This document shows positions 39,468 to 52,205 of a stretch of DNA of 64,000 nt, piece by piece. The notes under the pieces are model-generated. The model made no database searches. It was not told the DNA's origin and saw nothing but the letters and a program-made list of their open reading frames with translations. The position numbers were made by a program, and so were the translations under genes. Source of the DNA: Lingula anatina (taxonomy: Eukaryota; Animalia; Brachiopoda); contig CM120648.1 in the NCBI GenBank assembly GCA_051362555.1, positions 4,460,587 through 4,524,586 on the forward strand. The letters are read 5' to 3'. Positions within the stretch are counted from its first letter, which is position 1. Every line of letters starts with the position of its first letter.

Positions 39468-41204
39468 GATACCCGGGGCTTACGCTATGAAAATAAAAAT
39501 GTCAAGGGAATGGGCAAGCGTCCCAGGCACAATACCACTATGGTATAATTCGGACATTAAAATTAGTATTGAGTCTGTTTTCATTGCTTCCTAACACAGA
39601 CAATAAAGGTATCAGGGATATTCTTGTCACTCAGGGAAAATTATTTAATAAAAACGCGCTTGAAATAAAATATAATGTGAGAGTCTCCACCTTGTGATTC
39701 AACATTGCGTACAGTTCAGTTAAGTCATTTTTGCTTTTGAAACAGTTTAAAAAAGAAAAGGTCATTACTACAATTACTCCATAGGATGCATTTCATTTTA
39801 AATGGCTGACGTTAAATGAAAAAGAAATAGATACGTCTGCAATGTTTAAAAATAATTGTCATTCCTTCTGGTGTTTGTAAATGGAATCACATATTATTCC
39901 GGAAGGAGGACGTTTGCTTACTGAGGAAATCTTTGGGACTTGCTTTATAACCCCTCAGGATACACCACTGCAATGCACGGCTTCAATTTCGAATCATATA
40001 TAGAGTACTGCCTTTAGGTGTTTACCTAAAAGAACGACATTCAAAATTATGACATTTACAGGCTTTGCGGAAAAGATATGAAGATCTCCTTCTTGTGTTC
40101 ACGCAGTGTGATAGGCCGCATTCACATCAAGAAGAGCCGAGGCTCAACAAAGCAGAGACCTAAATATGGCAGACGTACATGAAAGGAAAACCGCATAATC
40201 TTTTAATAGTCTCTAAGCCTCTCACACGCCTCCCCACGCGTCATCCCTGCAGGGGTACAGTCATTAATCTCGGCTCCATTCGCCCGGAAGCTACCTGAGA
40301 AATATTTAGTGTGCATGCTCATCAATTAAATGCGAGGTGAAGAAAGCATATGGCGGTTGGAGACGATCGAAGGAAAAAAGCTTTTCTGTTCTATTATCTT
40401 TCTAAACAGAGACAAAAAAGTAATGAATTGGCCAGAGGAGCAGCAATGAACTATCTATATACGGAGATAATGTTAGCTGACCCAAGACCAATGAGCATGC
40501 GCACTTATTGTACCACCAGCGTTAGCGCTGGCGGTACACATGGTTTTAGTCCCGTCCGGTCCGTTCCGCCGGCTCCTGCGGCTCCGTGGCCATTCTACCG
40601 TTACCGCTTCTCTTCCTAGACGGTAAGGGCCCCCATACCCATCTCTTGGATTTAGGTCACCTATAACCTCAACTCGTTCCACGTAAAATTTGGGCTTTGT
40701 CGGTATTGGGGTCTAGGTGTGGCACTCATTGCAATGCACCTTTGTCTAAAAATGGCAAAATTAAATGCTAATTATCTACCCTACGGAAGGAATTATGGGA
40801 AAAATTTCTACAGAAGGCTTTCCAAAAGTCATATGTGTAGATTTCAAATATGCCCTTGGATTTGACCTTTGACCTTTATTTCAAGGTCAAACGGGCAAAA
40901 ATTTTCAAAAAAATGAATTTTTTTACGAAAAAAAATTTATTTGCGCTGTTATTCAGATACCACACAGACTTAACCAATAATATTATTGGAAAATGTTACC
41001 CTTCAGGTCATCTTTCATCTGTGTGAATTTGGGGTCAATCGGTGCATTTTCACGGGTGTAGCGGCCATAAGATACCGAAACTGTAAACTGTCTCTAATTC
41101 GGGAACAGTTAATGCTAGAGACCCATTCTTTTTTGCATTTTGTAGAGCATGTAAAGCCCAACACTGGTGGTGGTCTCCGTTTTTTTGTATTCCATACGGT
41201 TTTC

Positions 41205-44200
41205 GAGTTACGCTGTATCAAAAAGTACATATTGGTGGTGAAAGCAAAATGTGCAGTACGGTAATGGATAATAAATTTTGAACTCTGGAAAAATAAAACA
41301 TAAGGCTTGGCAAAGGCTTAAGCAGACAACTTGTGGTCAAAAATGACATTATTTAATCAAATTTGAACTTCTGGAACTTCAGAGCACCTCCCATTTCAAG
41401 AATTTTGACCAAAATGACCTTTTCTTTATTTTAATTAATTTTTTCTGTAGGAAATTTTTGGCACATTAAGGTAACTCCGAAATTATAACATTTAGTCCCT
41501 TATATCTCCAAAACTGGCAGAGATAGGTCCAAAGTTACTATTGAAGTTGAATAGGAAGTCATATACTGGCAATCTTACTGTGACCTTGAAATTGACCTTT
41601 GACCTACTTTTCACCATAAATTGAACTTTGCAAATTTTGCTTCCCTTTTATCTCTAAAACTGGCAGAGATAGGTCCATAGTTACTATTGAAGTTGAATAG
41701 GAAGTCATATACTGGCAATCTTAATGTGACCTTAAAATTGACCTTTGACCTACTTTTCACCATGAACTGAACTTTGGAAATTTTGCTTCCCTTTTATCTC
41801 CAAAACTAGCAGAGATAGGTCCATAGTTACTATTGAAGTTGAATAGGAAGTCATATACTGGCAATCTAAATGTGACCTTAAAATTGACCTTTGACCTACT
41901 TTTCACCATGAACTGAACTCTGCTAATTTCTTTCTCTTTTAACTCCAAACCTGGCAGAGATAGGTCCATAGTTACTATTGAAGTTGAATAGGAAGTCATA
42001 TACTGGCAATCTAAATGTGACCTTGAAATTGACCTTTGACCTATTTTTTATCATGAATTGAACTTTGCAAATTTTGGTTCTCTTTTATCTCCAAAACTGG
42101 CAGAGATAGGTCCATAGTTACTATTGAACTTGAATAGGAAGTCATATACTGGCAATCTTTCTGTGACCTACTTTTCATCATGAACTGAACTTTGCAAATT
42201 TTGCTTCCCTTTTATCTCCAAAGTTACGCTGTATCAAAAAGTACATTTTGGTGGTTAAAGCAAAATGTGCAGTACAGTAATGGATAATAAATTTTGAACT
42301 CCGGTAAAATAAAACATAAGGCTTGGCAAAGCAGGCAACTTGTGGTCAAAAATGACATTATTTCATCAAATTAGAACATCTGGAACTTCAGAGCACCTCC
42401 CATTTCAAGAATTTTGACCAAAATGACCTTTTCTTTATTTTAATTAATTTTTTCCGTAGGAAATTTATGGGACATTATGGTAACTCCAAAATTATAACAT
42501 TTAGTCCCTTATATCTCCAAAACTGGCAGAGATAAGTCCATAGTTATTATTGAAGTTGAATAGGAAGTCATGTACTGGCAATCTTACTGTGACCTTGAAA
42601 TTGACCTTTGACCTACTTTTCACCATGAACTGAACTTTGCAAATTTTGCTTCCATTTTATCTCCAAAGTTACGCTGTATCAAAAAGTACATTTTGGTGGT
42701 TAAAGCAAAATGTGCAGTACGGTAATGGATAATAAATTTTGAACTCCGGAAAAATAAAACATAAGGCTTGGCAAAGCAGGCAACTTGTGGTCAAAAATGA
42801 CATTATTTCATCAAATTTGAACATCTGGAACTTCAGAGCACCTCCCATTTCAAGAATTTTGACCAAAATGACCTTTTATTTTAATTAATTTTTTCTGTAG
42901 GAAATTTATGGCACATTATGGTAACTCCAAAATTATAACATTTAGGCTTCGTTCACATGCAATGTCTATTTTCTCAATTCTATTTTCTATTTGTGGCATG
43001 TGTTGTGATCATGGTCTGTGCCCTGAATATCCCGCGGCGTAATTTCTGGCAGCACGAGCCAGTTACTATAAGTTACTTTAAGTAACTGGCTCGCGCTGCC
43101 AGTAATTACGCGGCGGGATATTCAGGGCATAGACTGTGATCATAAGATAGCGCGAATAGAAAATAGATTTTTAGAAAATAGACATTCCATGTGAACGAAG
43201 CCTTAGTCCCTTATATCTCCAAAACTGGCAGAGATAGGTCCATAGTTACTAATGAAGTTGAATAGGAAGTCATATACTGGCAACCTTACTGTGACCTTGA
43301 AATTGACCTTTGACCTACTTTTCACCATGAACTGAACTTTGGAAATTTTGCTTCCCTTTTATCTCCAAAACTGGCAGAGATAGGTCCATAGTTACTATTG
43401 AAGTTGAATAGGAAGTCATATACTGGCAATCTAAATGTGACTCTAAAATTGACCTTTGACCTACTTTTCACCATGAACTGAACTTTGCAAATTTTGCTTC
43501 CCTTTTATCTCCAAAGTTACGCTGTATCAAAAAGTACATATTGGTGGTTAAAGCAAAATGTGCAGTACAGTAATGGATAATAAATTTTGAACTCCGGAAT
43601 AAGGCTTGGCAAAGCAGACAACTTGTGGTCAAAAATAACATTATTTCATCAAATTAGAACATCTGGAACTTCAGAGCACCTCCCATTTCAAGAATTTTTA
43701 CCAAAATGACCTTTTCTTTATTTTAATTAATTTTTTCTGTAGGAAATTTATGGCACATTATGGTAACTCCAAAATTATAACATTTAGTCCCTTATATCTC
43801 CAAAACTGGCAGAGATAGGTCCTTAGTTACTAAACTTGAATGGAAAGTCATATACTGGCAATCTAAATGTGACTTTAAAATTGACCTTTGACCTACTTTT
43901 CACCATGAGTTGAACTTTGCAAATTTTGGTTCCCTTTTATCTCCAAAACTGGCAGAGATAGGTCCATAGTTACTTTTGAACTTGGATAGGAAGTCATATA
44001 CTGGCAATCTAAATGTGACCTTGAAATTGACTTTTGACCCACTTTTTATCATGAATTGAACTTTGCAAATTTTGGTTCCCTTTTATTTCCAAAACTAGCG
44101 AGATAGGTCCATAGTTACTATTGAAGTTGAATAGGAAGTCATATGCTGGCAATCTAAGTGTGACCTTGAAATTGACCTTTGACCTACCTTATGATGAACT

Positions 44201-44215
44201 TAACTTTGATTGTAC
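41205..44215. repeat. 146-bp satellite array with a higher-order unit (about 295-bp spacer plus 1-5 monomers)
   Basis: Monomer starts at 41505, 41651 and 41797 (period 146). The spacer TTACGCTGTATCAAAAAGTAC recurs near 41208, 42224, 42669 and 43517. Confidence 0.92.
42945..43202. mobile_element. 258-bp palindromic Tourist/Harbinger-type MITE inserted in the satellite
   Basis: GGCTTCGTTCACATG...CATGTGAACGAAGCC forms a near end-to-end hairpin; TTA TSD at 42942-42944 and 43203-43205. Sister units show the empty site ATAACATTTAGTCCC. Confidence 0.93.
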
Positions 44216-45269
44216 CATTTTAAGTTATATATATTTTTTGAGTATTTTGAAAATTCTTGTTGATTGCATTTTTATAGCTTGTCAAGCATAAGACTGGTGG
44301 CTGTGTCCCTTATTTTGTGTATGTGGGGGTCTATACGAATGCGCTTGCTCCAGCTGGTGGTACAATATTCGGAGGCGGTATCGCCTCTCTGATCCTCTAG
44401 TTTTTTCTTAGGTACAGTAGCTTCCGGGTGAATGGAGCCAAGATTTAATCGACTGTACCCCCGCAAGGATGATGCCTGGGGAGGTGTGTGAGAGGCGGAG
44501 AGACTATTAAAAGATTAGACGGTTTTCCTTTCATGTACGTCCGCCATATTTAGGTCTCGGCTTTGTTGAGCCTCGGCTCTTCTCGATGTGAATGTGGCCA
44601 TAGTGCGCATCCCCCTTGGAATAAACTTACTGTTATCTACTTGGGTCTCAAATTAACGACTATAATATCTTATTTGAAACAAAATGTATGGTGAAAACCA
44701 AAACCTTTAATTAATTTTTGTCATGTATGTGAAACAATACATTTACAAATGCCTGAAAGGAAAAAAAAAAAAACTAGTGTTCAAGGCCTCTTAAGTCACA
44801 TCAAATTTATGTATGAATGTTCTTGCTATGCGTCATGGTTTATACACGCTGTTATGTAACTTTACATATACATATGAGATGAATGTCCTAAACTTATATA
44901 ATTTTGAACGCTTAATTCAAGTGTGGGCTTGAAATAGGACATTACGTTTTCGTCTAACTATATGGATAACGCGATCCAAAGATTCCACGGTTCGTGTCAG
45001 ATTTACGTAAGGTCGCGCAAAGAAAACACAAGTCCACATAATGACCAGTTTAATGGTTTATTGGTTGACGCTCTCTAACTACATCTTCTACATGAAGTCT
45101 CCAACTATCAAGCCGTCTCGCCTGGCTCTGTCGAGCGGTCACCTTTGAGTCTTCTCCAGTCTGAACCACCGATATTAATTCTGAACGTCTTTTATACAAT
45201 ATTTCTTATCAGTGGTGGATTCTGTGCTGCATTATTTATATTCAAATTGCACACGTCCACTTAAGTTAC

Positions 45270-48200
45270 ATGATTACAGGTAAGGTCATAAACTAGTCGA
45301 GTGCACAAGCAATCGACTCTAATCAAATTAATTAAAACGTCTGGTAATTATATTTGTGAACTCTACAACGTACGATAATTTTGTTGAGCAGTAGGTATAG
45401 TGTTAAGTGTTAAGGTTTTTCGATAGTAGCTTTCATTGTATTATTATTATTATTATTATAATCATCAAATAATTTTGTACTGTAAACCTGTAAAGGAGCA
45501 AACGATTGAATATGAGAGATAGTCACATGCACTGTGAGAAAAGATACAACGTCCATATCCTCCTTGCTAGAATCTGATTGATGGTTGTCTCCATAAAATG
45601 AAGTAAACAATTAACAAAATAAACACCAATATTTTTACCATTGCAGCGCAAAACAGATCTCTCCTGATTGCTTGGGAATCAGAAATGGATTCATCTCCAA
45701 ATTTTGATTTTCTTGGGTCACAATCGCAAAGCTACATGGAAGCAGCCTACCCATTGTCTTCAGACCAAACAAGAGCTTAGGATTCAAAACGGGGAAGAGA
45801 TAAATCACTTACATCACAGAAACACACAGGGATTTCCTCCCCAACTCAGTCGGTGAAAAATGAAGTGACAAATAACAGGAAATCGGCCACTCATGCATGT
45901 TTAACAAGCTTTCAGACATCAGATGAAAGATGCTATATAAAGCTTCAATCTGGTTTCACGTTATCAGAGACTGTAGTGAATCCGTCAGTTGAGGATAAAT
46001 TGCCACAAGCAAAGCTCGTCAGTGATGAAAGTTTCACCAAGACCACTTCTGTGCATTCCAATTTTACATCTACCTATAACCACGGAGCAGTGAGGCTGCC
46101 AAGTATCAGTCAAAAACACCAGAGCCTTTTCAGAGATGTACAAACCCAAAATTTAGACCAATCCAAGGAACAAGAGTTGACCCCAAGAGTTGTGCCTAGA
46201 TACTGGCAAAGTTGTAAGAGTTTTTTCAGAGATATAAAAATTAAAAACATAGACCAATCAGAGAAACACCAGTTTTGCCCGGGGCAAAATCTGATGCCGC
46301 CCCCTGACACTTTTTCAAGATGTAGAGCACCAAAAAGACCCAGGAGTGAGAGATGTGTCACCATAGAAGGCATAAGCAGAAACGAAATGATGGATTATAA
46401 AAAACTTGACACAGATAGCATGGCCAGTGAGAATAAAAATGAAGCAGTGATCAAAGGTCGTATGTATACCACTTTGGCATCTGGTGTGGCTCGAGCACAA
46501 TCAATCCCGACACAAGAAAGCAACAGTGGTACTGTGGTTCAAAGGACAGTCTTGTCTCCAACCAGCAAAGAAAGAGAGGTTCAGGCTTTGACCAGTAAGA
46601 CTGAGAATAAGGAAATGGGCCTGAATCATCAGACTGATGCCACACATATACAAGCCATGTGGAAAAATGTTGATTCTGCAAATCCAACCACAGCAAATGT
46701 CTCCTATTCCTCAAACCACGACAATGCATCAGAAGTACAGTCAGCCATTAAGAAAGGATCGAGGTTATTAAAAACAAGTGTGAGTCCGTCAGTGGATGGC
46801 AAACTGCCAATTACAGGATGCTATAGAAAGCGCCAATATGGTTCCACATTGTCAGAAACTGTAATGAGTCTGTCAGGCGAGGACAAATTGCCAATGAGTA
46901 GGTTTGTCAGTGATGAGAGTTTAACCAAGGCCACTTCTATGCATTCCAGTAAAATATCAACCAGTAGCAATGGACAAATGAGACCAAGCATCACTCAAAA
47001 GTATTCAAGTATTTTTAGAGATGTTAAGAATGAAAATTTAGACCAATCCATGGAACAAGAGTTGAACCCAAGAGTTGTGCCTAGATACTGGCAAAGTTGT
47101 AAGAGTCTTTTCAGAGATATAAAAATTAAAAACATAGACCAATCAGAGAAACACCAGTTTTGCCCGGGGCAAAATCTGATGCCGCCTCCTGACACTTTTT
47201 CAAGATGTAGAGCACCAAAAAGACCCAGGAGTGAGAGATGTGTCACCATAGAGGGCATAAGCAGAAACGAAATGATGGATTATAAAAAACTTGACACAGA
47301 TAGCATGGCCAGCGAGAATAAAAATGAAGCAGTGATCAAAGGTCGTATGTATACCACTTTGGCATCTGGTGTGGCTCAAGCACAATCAATCCCGACACAA
47401 GAAAGCAACAGTGGTACTGTGGTTCAAAGGACAGTCTTGTCTCCAACCAGCAAAGAAAGAGAGGTTCAGGCTTTGACCAGTAAGACTGAGAATAAGGAAA
47501 TGGGCCTGAATCATCAGACTGATGCCACACAAATACAAGCCATGTGGAAAAATGTTGATTCTGCAAATCCAACCACAGCAAATGTCTCCTATTCCTCAAA
47601 CCACGACAATGCATCAGAAGTAGAGTCAACCATTGAGAAAGGATCGAGGTTATTAGAAACAAGTGTGAGTCCGTCAGTGGATGGTAAACTGCCAATTACA
47701 GGATGCTATAGAAAGCGCCAATATGGTTCCACATTGTCAGAAACTGTAATGAGTCTGTCAGGCGAGGACAAATTGCCAGAGAGTAGGTTTGTCAGTGATG
47801 AGAGTTTAACCAAGGCCACTTCTATGCATTCCAGTGAAATATCAACCAGTAGCAATGGACAAATGAGACCAAGCGTCACTCAAAAGTATTCAAGTATTTT
47901 TAGAGATGTAAAGAATGAAAATTTAGACCAATCCAAGGAACACAAGTTTTGCTTTAGGCAAAATCTAATGCCGCCTCCTGACACCTTTTTAGGAAGTTTT
48001 CTAAGAAGAAGTAGTGTACCAAGAAGACCCAGGACTGAGAGACGTGTCACGATAGCAGGTACAGGCAAAAGAGAAACTGTGGATTATATGTATAGCACAG
48101 ACTGTGAGAATGGTAACAAAGCTCTGATTCACGCTAAAGATGACACTTTCAACATGACGCCATATGATGATGGAGTTTTCCCCATTGATCTGGACCAGGG

Positions 48201-50132
48201 GCTACATACATGGCAAGTAGGTATTCAGATGTCCAGTTTTCCGAGAAAAAATGATGAAACACTCTTAAAGGGGGGTAATTCACTATTGCCGAAACCAACA
48301 CCATCAATGAATAGGCCTGGTATGCAAAATTATATAACTGCCTCTCAAGGCCAAAACTATTTGCATTTTCGAAGAACCTATTCACTTACACGGCGAAGGG
48401 AAAATTGGAGAGAATCTCCGTCAGCATTAACATCAACTTCCAAGGTTCCACAGTCAAGAGCCAATAGCAGTCAAAATACCAATGAAGATTGTGACACAAA
48501 ATTAAGTGCAATTTGTGAAGACAAAAAAAATTCGCTGTTTGAATTCGCTTCTGATAAGCAATCAGCATCATGCTCTTCAGCAACTATGTCTACTCCAGAA
48601 TGCTACACAACGGAAGATCACCTAACTACCAAATTTAACAGAGATAACAAGATTCCCCTCTTTCAAAGAACATTTCATTTAAAAGATCACAAAAAAGAAA
48701 GCATAATGAAAACAGTGACTAGAAAAAACAATTCTAGTTATGATGGCGATGTTCCTGATTGCATGACAGAGGCAGAACATACCTTGTCCGAATTTGGCAA
48801 TCCATTGACTACAGTGTCTGGTAAGTTTTTTGGACAGTATTTGTGCTAAAAAGTAAAAATGGCACATTTTTTAATGTTATTTTATTATCAAAAGCAGGGT
48901 TCTGCCCAGAGCGCGACATTGCGACGTTGTCGCCCAAAAATTGAAAATGTCGCCAAAAAATTCCTAGAGATGCGCCCTCGGGCGCACTCGTAAAAGGGGA
49001 CCGAAGTATCAAATAAACATACCCAGTACGCTTATTAATTTTTCAAAATTCTTCCACCCGGTATGTTTATTAAATACCTATCGTACCGGTGAGAAATTAT
49101 ACAAGTACAAGTCAAGTTTTTTATTTTCTTAAATTGAAGTGTAATGAGAAGAAATACCGGTGCAGCTACTGTTCGACATACAGCACTGGAAAGTAGGTCA
49201 AGTGAAAGTCGCTCTCTGAACACAACAATACATTGCGTCATCTGATTTCAGTTCCTATAAATAGACGTGCTTTCCCTTCAACAGTGACAACTACTCATGT
49301 ATATCGATCGAATGATGTCACGTCGCAAGGTGATAGGATCATATTTATAGCTAACGAGGTCATTTCAAGGGGGGCGTCTCGATAGTCCGAAGGTTCATTG
49401 GTCCGAAGGTTCATTGGTCCGAAAATTCGTAAATTTTTCATCAGATTTTCAACAAAAAGGTTCATTGGTCCGAAGGTTCATTAGTCCGAAAATTAAAGGT
49501 CCATTGGTCCGAAGGTTCATTAGTCCGAAGGTTCGATAGTCCGAAGGTTCATTAGTCCGAAGGTTCGATAGTCCGAAACATTTTAAGATGTTCTTCGATT
49601 TTAAGAATTATAATTACAAACGGAATCTAAGGGTGCGTTCCCAACGAAACTATCATTCTACGTAGATTGATCCAACTCCACCAGGATTCTCACTGTATGC
49701 AATCAGATTAGCAATCCTGGAGCTGCTAGGGGGTGATTAACTTTCGTGTGAACTCAGCTTCTAGAATCTTTATCATTTCGTTTTGAGTGCGACCGAAACG
49801 CACGTGAAAATTATCCATATAGGTCGTATTGTTTCCGTGAACTACTCTTTACAATGTGGGGAAGTTTGGGGATATGCAATGGCTACCCTTTCCAACTCAT
49901 GAACACATATACATGTTTCACATGAAATATTGAATAAAGATTGGAACGCATAAAATGAGAGGACGCCTATAATGACATTTTCTTACGATGTCTTAAGATA
50001 CTATGATTAGAATTCAAATTCTTCTAACCTACACATTTCTTAAATTATGTAAAAGTTATAGAATAATTGCATTTCCAAACAAACTATGTTGTTGTTCGCA
50101 CAGCCCACTCCCCTCCCCTCCCCCCCCCCCCC

Positions 50133-50171
<39 letters not shown>

Positions 50172-52144
50172 AAACAAACAGCCGTTCCGCCAGCAGTATT
50201 GTAGGCCTATTACTCATAGGGATGAGGATGAATTAACTGGAGTGTAAACTTGGCATATAAACAAAAATTACGAGCATTTACGAAAACAAGCTTTTCCCTT
50301 ACTAGGCCTTTAAACATAAAAATTGTATCAGAATACAATGCTCAAATATCCACAAATAGTAATACATATTTAATTCCACCCCCTCTTCCCCAGCAATACT
50401 GAAGGTGCTGAAACGTTTATAATCTGAATAGAAATGTGGCAACGCCATATCAACCCGGTGGGCCTATTTATTTATTTATTTATTTATTTATTTATTAAAC
50501 GTAAAATACAAGTGAGAAGGCAGTTTGAACATGTTGAAATATTCTAAAACAGTTAAACTTCTAATCTGATGAACAACATCAAAAATGCTGTCTTTGTAAC
50601 AAATTCATTTAAACGAAGAAAAACGTACTCTGCAAAAAGTAGATACACTTGTGACTCGTGAGAAAATTTCCATTTGATTTTACAAAATAAACCTTTGCAG
50701 TTAAATATCGTCAACTTCCAATCCCATGAAAAACATCAAGATCTGTTTTTTCTTTTTTTTTTGTAACTAATGTAATATGCTAGTATTGACGTTATTTTTG
50801 CCCGTGCAGACCTAACTTTTAAAACCTCTACCAGGGCGACTGATAGATTTTTTACAGATATTCACAGATGTGTCTCTAGATAAATAGGTGGTCATTTTGA
50901 GACACCAACAATTTTCGGGGCCCTTTAGCGGGCCCCAGATCCTACGCCAAGGGGGGTGGGGGCTTTGCAACCGCGGACCCCCCTTCAAATAATCTTGGAT
51001 CCGCCCCTGTACATGTAATTCACTATACACTTATACAGCGGGCCTACATTCGGACTATCGAACCTTCGGACTATCGAACCTTCGGACTAATGAACCTTCG
51101 GACCAATGAACCTTCGGACTATCGAACCTTCGGACCAATGAACCTTCAGTGCACATTCGGACCATTGAACCTTCGGACCAATGAACCTTCGGACTATTGA
51201 ACCTTCGGACTATCGCTACGGCCCCATTTCAAGTGCAGCAAAGAAGTTGTGTACGTTTTCAAACGTCATTTATTTCATGCCGATTAATGATTTACACGAT
51301 GTTAAATCACACTTCTATGTAAGATAAACCCTTAGATCTAGGAGTTTACAGGCATGCAAAACGAACCTTTATTATATCTTAGCATAAATTTACTTTGAAT
51401 AACGTCTCCTAACAGCGTATGGCCACCGGAGGCGGCTTAGGTGCGATACTGGGTCTTCGGACCCTGACGTTTATGAAATTTAACTCGTTTCCGTGGATGC
51501 TGTTCACACGAACGTATATTTTCATTATTAGGCGGTGACAAAAATGACATTTTCATACATTATTCAGGACGTATGGCAATTTTTAAAAAAATAAATTAGA
51601 TATCCTGTTTTCAAGATAATAGGCCTACTGAGTAAATTTTACCTGGTGAAAGTTTTTTTTAACAATGATAATAGCTAGCCTTGTTCTTTCTCCTTTTCTT
51701 TATTTTTATTTATTTATTTATTTATCTATTTATTTATTATTATTATTTTTGGGGGGGGGGGGGGGGGAGTGGTGCAAAGGTTTTTTCTGGGCAGTACTTT
51801 TATTCCATCCAGTACTATTATTAAATTTCGAGAATAGTAATTTTATGGTTTGGCCCCCTCTTTTTGAAAATGTCCCCCTTTTTTCAGGTCCAATGTGCCA
51901 TTTGGCCCCCAAATTTTGATTCCTGGGCAGATCCCTGCAAAAGAAATTGGATTTTGCTGTATGTAATGTGTACCCCTCTGGTTGCTTAATACCGTTAATC
52001 ATATACTATACCTTATCTAAATTGAAAGTAGCAGAAACAGCCCTATTAGTGTGTGGAAAATGTGTATTTCTGCAAAAGCATCTTAGCTGTTTAAATTTTG
52101 CATGGTAAAATTCTTTCCTGCAACTTTGCAGCTGGTCTGAATTT

Positions 52145-52205
<61 letters not shown>

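Larger units (their letters stand above)
40506..44402 (-). mobile_element. Non-autonomous Helentron/HINE-like element carrying a 146-bp satellite array
   Basis: One end reads ACTAGAGGATCAGAGAGGCGATACCGCCTCC with subterminal GTACCACCAGC; the other end is a GC hairpin at 40510-40537. The central 146-bp tandem repeats contain TGACCTTTGACCT. A second copy lies at 61953-63527. Confidence 0.75.
40114..44599. mobile_element. Harbinger-like MITE with about 185-bp imperfect TIRs, split by a nested insertion
   Basis: GGCCGCATTCACATCAAGAAGAGCCGAGGCTCAACAAAGC... (40114-40297) is inverted at about 44417-44599; 3-bp flanks ATA/ATA. Confidence 0.8.

Noticed and set aside
41205-44215. CRISPR-like array
   Set aside because: These are head-to-tail 146-bp monomers with no unique spacers and no cas genes, in a eukaryotic context.
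45853-48849. 998-aa ORF as a stand-alone gene or transposon protein
   Set aside because: It has a GTG start and no transposase or RT motifs, and a strong donor at 48820/48821 in phase with the caspase exons.
49381-49577. CRISPR-like or iteron short repeats
   Set aside because: The contiguous 16-mers are mirrored at 51049-51214 and form transposon arms.
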